The notes under the pieces are model-generated. The model was not told where the DNA came from. It searched no databases and worked only from the letters and a program-made list of their open reading frames with translations. The position numbers and the translations under genes were made by a program. Below, one piece after another: positions 59,176-64,000 of a DNA stretch of 64,000 nucleotides (the first letter of the stretch is position 1; every line of letters starts with the position of its first letter). This DNA is from Candidatus Yonathbacteria bacterium RIFCSPLOWO2_01_FULL_47_33b (GTDB taxonomy: Bacteria > Patescibacteriota > Minisyncoccia > Phycocordibacterales > UBA1550), in contig MHUW01000007.1 in NCBI GenBank assembly GCA_001823575.1, positions 24,223 to 88,222 of the forward strand, in the 5' to 3' direction.

Positions 59176-60063
59176 ATGGACCACCCTAATCCCAAAACGG
59201 TCCAACGAATGCTGGACCGCAGTGTTGCTATGATTAAAAATCATGCGCGCTTCGTGATTGTCATCGACAAACACGGCTTACCCATCTCGTATTCAAAAAA
59301 GGAGTCCTATGGTTTGAACATCATTGCCATAATTGGTGAGAGCGTTATCAACGATACACTCTTTCCAGAGGCTGTTCTCATGGAAATCGGCATCTGGCGC
59401 ACAAAACCTTATCGTTCAGCAAACGCCCCTATGGGTTATGCAGAAAAAAGGCTAAATCTCAGGTACCGCACAAAGGGGGGCGACCTCACTGCGGAACAAT
59501 TTGGCAACCTTGCTCCGTTCCTTAATGACATCATTACAGCAGAAGCAACGCGGGTTATAGAACGTTGGAAATCAACCGAACCATGGGTCGTCCCTGTTGG
59601 CGACACCTGGAAAACATACGAACGAGGAGTTTGTTTCTCATGTTCGTACGCAGACCAGGCATTATTTGCGGCAGTTCTTCGTGCAGACAGGCGACATCGG
59701 GATAACCTTGCAGACCGGTCAAAGTTCATCAACGACGTGCTTCGACCGCTGAAATATGTAGTCTATCCTGATAATGCACTTAAACGCATGACCTCGGTAA
59801 GAAAAGTAATTGACTCACTAAAAGACAATCCTGTTCCACCGTATCATTTTTCATTTCTTGAGAAACGAATACAAAAGCAGGTTCTCTTTCGCGATATCGC
59901 CGAGCTTTTCAAGCTTGTTGATTTTGAGAAAGTCCATTACTTTGACCAGCTGTTTAAAGAGTACCCTAACAAGGTGCGCTTTACTGACGGATCTATTCGT
60001 GTAAAAACAGAGCGTGAACAAAAAGGCTATCTGGTCTTTGAGTTCATTCCCCCAAAAATGTAA
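59176..60063 (+). CDS. hypothetical protein (295 aa)
   Basis: TTGACT promoter, TGTTCTTAAAA, GAGGAGG SD; no recognisable motif. Confidence 0.75.
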   Translation: MDHPNPKTVQRMLDRSVAMIKNHARFVIVIDKHGLPISYSKKESYGLNIIAIIGESVINDTLFPEAVLMEIGIWRTKPYRSANAPMGYAEKRLNLRYRTKGGDLTAEQFGNLAPFLNDIITAEATRVIERWKSTEPWVVPVGDTWKTYERGVCFSCSYADQALFAAVLRADRRHRDNLADRSKFINDVLRPLKYVVYPDNALKRMTSVRKVIDSLKDNPVPPYHFSFLEKRIQKQVLFRDIAELFKLVDFEKVHYFDQLFKEYPNKVRFTDGSIRVKTEREQKGYLVFEFIPPKM

Positions 60064-60072
60064 GGAGGTTGT

Positions 60073-61002
60073 ATGGCTCTCAAACTCACCTGGGACGAAG
60101 GAAAGGCCCGAAGCCTTGTACTTGGGTTTCATGCTGCATACCAGACACACACGCACCTTTTTAAAAATGTGCATGCAATGAATGGCGATGCACCGCAGCA
60201 CAAGTATCTTCCTTCGGGTGTTGCAAAAGGATCTCCCGAGCATGTCTTGTTTCTCTTTTTTGCAACAATGCTCACGTATCGTTCTCTTAGCGAAATGGGA
60301 TTCAAACAGGCAGTAGATCTCTACGAGAAAAAGCTACATCTTTTTTCTGGAGCTGCAGCTAATCTTTCGGAAAAGGAACTTTATGCAGTGTTCAAGGAAG
60401 TTGGTTTTGTTCATCCATCGCAGGTAGCAAAAAACTGGCCTCGCGTTGCGGGTGAACTCTTTCAGATGTATGAGGGAAATCCACTTACCATATTCACAAA
60501 AGGAGTGACCATAGATGGCGTGATGAAACTCAAAAAAGGTCCGAAAGGCACCATGCTCTTCCCTGGATATGGACCGAAGCTTTTCAGCCTTCTCTCTATC
60601 TTTTACGAGGAGCTGGGAGTTATGCCTCATATCCGTGGTGCATTCCCGGTGGACTTGCATGTTCAACGCATTTTTATTTCTTCTAATGTCGTTACGGGTG
60701 CAGGAACGATGGATGCAGCAGAGATTGCCGAATTCATTCGTGTCCGCCTGAGTGAGCTCTGTTACGAGCTTGATATCAAGCCGCTCGACCTGTCTCACGC
60801 ACTCTGGTTTCTTGGAAATAAATTATGCACAAAATGCGACAAGGTCAAGGGTATCAAATCTGGCTGTCCTGTTGAAGAAATGTGTAGCGGCGGTATCCCA
60901 TCGCTTAGCTACAACAAAACCGGCAGATGGGAGCTCGATGTTCCGCGAAAAGAAAAAGGGCATCCGTTTCATGGATCGCACCAAGTCATATTGTTCTCTT
61001 AA
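60073..61002 (+). CDS. HhH-GPD superfamily DNA glycosylase-like protein with Cys cluster
   Basis: FPGYGPK hairpin with Lys, PVDLHVQR Asp motif, LWFLG, C-x2-C-x9-C-x5-C. Confidence 0.75.
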   Translation: MALKLTWDEGKARSLVLGFHAAYQTHTHLFKNVHAMNGDAPQHKYLPSGVAKGSPEHVLFLFFATMLTYRSLSEMGFKQAVDLYEKKLHLFSGAAANLSEKELYAVFKEVGFVHPSQVAKNWPRVAGELFQMYEGNPLTIFTKGVTIDGVMKLKKGPKGTMLFPGYGPKLFSLLSIFYEELGVMPHIRGAFPVDLHVQRIFISSNVVTGAGTMDAAEIAEFIRVRLSELCYELDIKPLDLSHALWFLGNKLCTKCDKVKGIKSGCPVEEMCSGGIPSLSYNKTGRWELDVPRKEKGHPFHGSHQVILFS

Positions 61003-61129
61003 GCACAGCAGGGCCTAAAAACCCTGCTGTTTTTATATAAAACCCTTACCATATGGGCTTTTCTAGCCCTTGACTTTTTCACAAAAAGGTGCTATCATAT
61101 ATATAGTCAATTCTTTATAGGAGGGTGTC

Positions 61130-61426
61130 ATGCCCGACATCTATCGCACGGTAGCAGATGCCGTATCCACAGTACTTCGTGAAAACAACTGCACATTTGA
61201 TGCAGCATTCTCGGCGGTAATGCAGAACTACAAACACCTTGACTGGACAACTACTCGCCGTGAAGTTGGAAGCATGCTTGGCAAACGAAAAAAACGCAAG
61301 CCAAGCAAGGTGAAAATACCCAAGCAGTTAGATCTTTTGTTCGGCCGCCCACGAGATGAAGTTCTCGCCGACGCAGCAGAACAAGAAGCAAACCTAACCC
61401 GCGGAATCCCCGCACACGACCTTTAA
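61130..61426 (+). CDS. hypothetical basic protein
   Basis: TTGACT-17-TATCAT promoter, ATTCTTTATA, GGAGG SD. Confidence 0.7.
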   Translation: MPDIYRTVADAVSTVLRENNCTFDAAFSAVMQNYKHLDWTTTRREVGSMLGKRKKRKPSKVKIPKQLDLLFGRPRDEVLADAAEQEANLTRGIPAHDL

Positions 61427-61481
61427 GCGGCACCCCTGGTGTCGCTTTTTTCTTTCCGTTCCCCGTGCTATTCTTGTCATT

Positions 61482-61730
61482 ATGTCAGGGCAAATTGCAA
61501 CCACATTTCTCGGTAATGACCTCGTTTGGTGGACGGGTATTTTGGGAGGGGTATTTTTTCTCCTCCTCCTCGTTACCGCGCTCGTCAAACAATACAACTG
61601 GAATATTTTTATGAAGTGGCAGATCCCCCTCACCCCGCTCCATCACTGGTTCGGCTGGCTCACGATGGGGTTTCTCTTTGTGCATTTCCTCCTCGCCATC
61701 TTCCAATTTAATTTCCATGTCTTTTTTTAG
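61482..61730 (+). CDS. small two-TM His-containing membrane protein (cytochrome b/ferric reductase-like fragment)
   Basis: LHHWFGWLTMGFLFVH: His pair in one TM; overlaps the FNR-like start. Confidence 0.6.
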   Translation: MSGQIATTFLGNDLVWWTGILGGVFFLLLLVTALVKQYNWNIFMKWQIPLTPLHHWFGWLTMGFLFVHFLLAIFQFNFHVFF

Positions 61731-62439
61731 TATCATCAAGAACTGGTTCACCGAAGCACCTCATTTCGAGGGCACTATTACCGCAACCGAGCTCATAGGC
61801 TCACGCATTCAAAAAGTCACCATCAGCCTCCCTTCCCCCGTTGCTACACAATTCCCCGTCGGGTGCTATGTGCAAGCGATGACTTCAGGTGTCGTTCCCC
61901 GAGCATACTCTGTTGCGACGGCGGACACTACTTCATTCACCCTTTTGGTGAGCTTTGGTGGACGGGGTGCAGGGGCACGTTTTTTTGCCGATACTCCTGT
62001 TGGTACAGTAGTAAAATGTTATGGCCCTTTTGATGATTTCCCGTATCGTGCAGGTACTGGCCGTTCAAAAATATTTTTTGCCACCTCGACCGGCGTCGCA
62101 CCGTTTCGTCGTATGGTTGAAGAAGCACTGAATGAGGGTCTCGAAGCAACGCTCATTCTTGGTACCCCAAAAGAATCTGATATTGCGTTCAGAAGTGATT
62201 TTGAGGAAATTGCGCGTACTAATCCTTACTTTCATTTCATCCCCGTCCTCTCGGCGAGCGACCCCTTATGGCAAGGAGCCCGAGGTTATGTAACTGACCA
62301 AGTTAGCGGCAAAACAGAGCTTCTCCGTAAGTCTGACATCTATATCTGCGGAGTACCCATGATGACCTTGAGTGTCCTTAACATCCTTAAAAAAGAAGGA
62401 GTACCGGAAGCGCAGATATTTGTGCAAAAATTTGGCTAG
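61717..62439 (+). CDS. ferredoxin-NADP reductase-like FAD/NAD(P)-binding oxidoreductase
   Basis: RAYSVA, GAGARF, GPF, TSTGVAPF, YICGVPMM. Confidence 0.88.
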   Translation: MSFFSIIKNWFTEAPHFEGTITATELIGSRIQKVTISLPSPVATQFPVGCYVQAMTSGVVPRAYSVATADTTSFTLLVSFGGRGAGARFFADTPVGTVVKCYGPFDDFPYRAGTGRSKIFFATSTGVAPFRRMVEEALNEGLEATLILGTPKESDIAFRSDFEEIARTNPYFHFIPVLSASDPLWQGARGYVTDQVSGKTELLRKSDIYICGVPMMTLSVLNILKKEGVPEAQIFVQKFG

Positions 62440-62443
62440 CAGG

Positions 62444-62529
62444 GTATACCCCCACACCTATTTTTTGCACTATCAAATCGCTAACGTTCGACAAAAAGTG
62501 CTATGCAAAAAATAGGTGTGGGGGTATAC
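62444..62529. repeat. inverted-repeat element copy 2 (26-bp perfect arms)
   Basis: GTATACCCCCACACCTATTTTTTGCA / TGCAAAAAATAGGTGTGGGGGTATAC. Confidence 0.85.
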
Positions 62530-62538
62530 TTATCACAT

Positions 62539-63006
62539 ATGGAACACTCAAAAGAAACAATCTACGAAGGGATTCTGCGCGTGAGGCAGTACGGGGTCTT
62601 TTTAGCCCTCGCATTTGCAGTACTTCATATTCTAGCATTTCTTTCCATACAATGGATCGAGCGCAACGAGATTCGCCAAGAACTCGTCCAATGGTCGCAG
62701 ACACTTCCCAAAGTAGACCCGGCTGAACCTGCAAAGGAGCTTCATCTCCCCGAGGACATCCTTGCTCTTCATGTAGACAAACTTGAACGCACCGGTTTTT
62801 ATGAAATGAAGACTGACAAAGAATATCTCGCATACGCAAACCCAAACAACAACTACATCCTCGCAAAATCAGAAGAGTCCGCCAAACACGAGGTATTACA
62901 CTTTGCAACCATATTGGGCATGCTTTTCGTCGGTGACCTCCTTCTTCTCCTTGGGTGGTGGAGATTCACCCGCTCGAAGGTTCAGGAATTATTTGAAGTA
63001 GCATAA
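62539..63006 (+). CDS. two-TM membrane protein with extracytoplasmic loop (sensor-like, no kinase domain)
   Basis: TM-loop-TM topology ending shortly after TM2; TATACT 8 nt before ATG. Confidence 0.6.
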   Translation: MEHSKETIYEGILRVRQYGVFLALAFAVLHILAFLSIQWIERNEIRQELVQWSQTLPKVDPAEPAKELHLPEDILALHVDKLERTGFYEMKTDKEYLAYANPNNNYILAKSEESAKHEVLHFATILGMLFVGDLLLLLGWWRFTRSKVQELFEVA

Positions 63007-63010
63007 TCAC

Positions 63011-63586
63011 ATGACCCCTTTCAAAAAAAATCTTCAACGTTTCTTTATTCTCTTTTTCTCGACACTGTCTGTGGGTATTATTATCGTCGGCGTAAACCGC
63101 GCAAAAAAAGTACCGACACTTGGTGAAGCCCCAACACCACTCACCCCAACACCTGACCAAGGCACAGCAGGAACTCCTGGGACCATGGTTGCTGGTACAA
63201 CGGTTTCTATAACTGGCAAAACATATCAGACGCCGTACGGCAACGTCACCGCTGCTATCCAAGTAAAAGACGGTAAAGTTGTTGGTGTGACCATGCCTCA
63301 GGTTCCCAATTCCCCACCATCAATCTACGCAGAGTCTTACCTCGTCGACCAAGCTATTAAAGCAGGTGGAGCAAATATCCAGGGTGTTTCTGGCGCCACC
63401 TACACAAGCCTTGCTTTCAAGTCATCGCTCGAAAGTGCAATAGCACAAGCAAAAACACAGGGACAGACCATTACCACAGGCACCGCATCTACTGGGTCGA
63501 GCGCTGTCGCTCCAGGACCCAAGCCTTCAGTTCCTCTACAGTATCGTGGTGACGATGACGATGAGGGCGAAGAGTGGGACGACTAA
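63011..63586 (+). CDS. membrane-anchored FMN-binding (flavinylated) protein
   Basis: TPYGNV, IQGVSGATYTS flavinylation motif. Confidence 0.88.
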   Translation: MTPFKKNLQRFFILFFSTLSVGIIIVGVNRAKKVPTLGEAPTPLTPTPDQGTAGTPGTMVAGTTVSITGKTYQTPYGNVTAAIQVKDGKVVGVTMPQVPNSPPSIYAESYLVDQAIKAGGANIQGVSGATYTSLAFKSSLESAIAQAKTQGQTITTGTASTGSSAVAPGPKPSVPLQYRGDDDDEGEEWDD

Positions 63587-63604
63587 TTTCGTCGCCCTGT
63601 CTCT

Positions 63605-64000
63605 ATGGAAAATAAAATCTTACATCGCCTCTTTCACACAATGGGTATCGCTGTGCATTGCACATTCATCGGCATCAGTGACAAAGATGCCGACATACGC
63701 ACCGCCGAAGCAGAGAAAATTTTTAGTTCCTACGACGAGCGCTTTAGTCGCTTCAAAGAAACGAGTGAGCTTCATCGCTTAAATACAAGCAATGGTATAC
63801 CACAAAAAGTAAGCATCGAGATGTTTCAGGTAATCAAGGAATGCGTCATGCTTTCCAAAGAAACGAGTGGCGCCTTTGATCCGTCGGTCGGTAGCATCCT
63901 CGCCTCGTACGGATACGGGCTCCCTGCAAATTTTATCCTGCCCGATACCATCCCTACCTACGAGAGTATTGTATTTAACAATCAAGACCTCGAGATTACC
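63605..64000 (+). CDS. apbE: FAD:protein FMN transferase ApbE (partial)
   Basis: Manual translation: TMG...FSRFKETSELHRLN...TSGAFDPSVG; runs off the window. Confidence 0.88.
   Translation, partial: MENKILHRLFHTMGIAVHCTFIGISDKDADIRTAEAEKIFSSYDERFSRFKETSELHRLNTSNGIPQKVSIEMFQVIKECVMLSKETSGAFDPSVGSILASYGYGLPANFILPDTIPTYESIVFNNQDLEIT

Overview
A chromosomal segment of a small-genome bacterium, most likely Patescibacteria/CPR (Parcubacteria-like); this is inferred from gene content, short intergenic spaces and a PaaX/Cas2-like orphan gene. The ORFs read correctly in the standard bacterial code. Core genes: rmuC, yqeY, uvrC/uvrA/uvrB, tgt, an alpha-glucan to oxidative pentose phosphate cluster (GT4, GH57, GH15, zwf, gnd, cyclase-family hydrolase, ROK kinase), a pseudouridine synthase, dgkA, two P-type ATPases, SulP, tRNA-Gln(UUG), dnaX, dus, ftsQ-like, serS, dprA, topA, rel, parB, and a flavinylation locus (FNR-like, FMN-binding protein, apbE) that runs off the right end. 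A defence-type island (about 33.7-45.8 kb) abuts the tRNA: DUF2779, RhuM/Fic, NYN, HNH, YjzC-like, a single-chain R-M enzyme, MazG-like, HATPase-STAS, a frameshifted dinB and an hsdS remnant. Non-gene signals that stand out: (1) a wHTH+Cas2-fold gene bracketed by two identical 36-bp perfect palindromes; (2) two expression grammars, with leaderless core genes versus about 17 inserted orphan cassettes carrying -35/-10 promoters, often a boxA-like motif, an SD and a terminator; (3) a promoter-to-terminator ~70-nt structured RNA convergent on the NYN RNase gene; (4) a dispersed inverted-repeat element whose end supplies the -10 box of the adjacent gene; (5) a tRNA-mirroring structured element. No CRISPR array or rRNA was seen. 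All family calls come from motif recognition by eye; no database searches were run.
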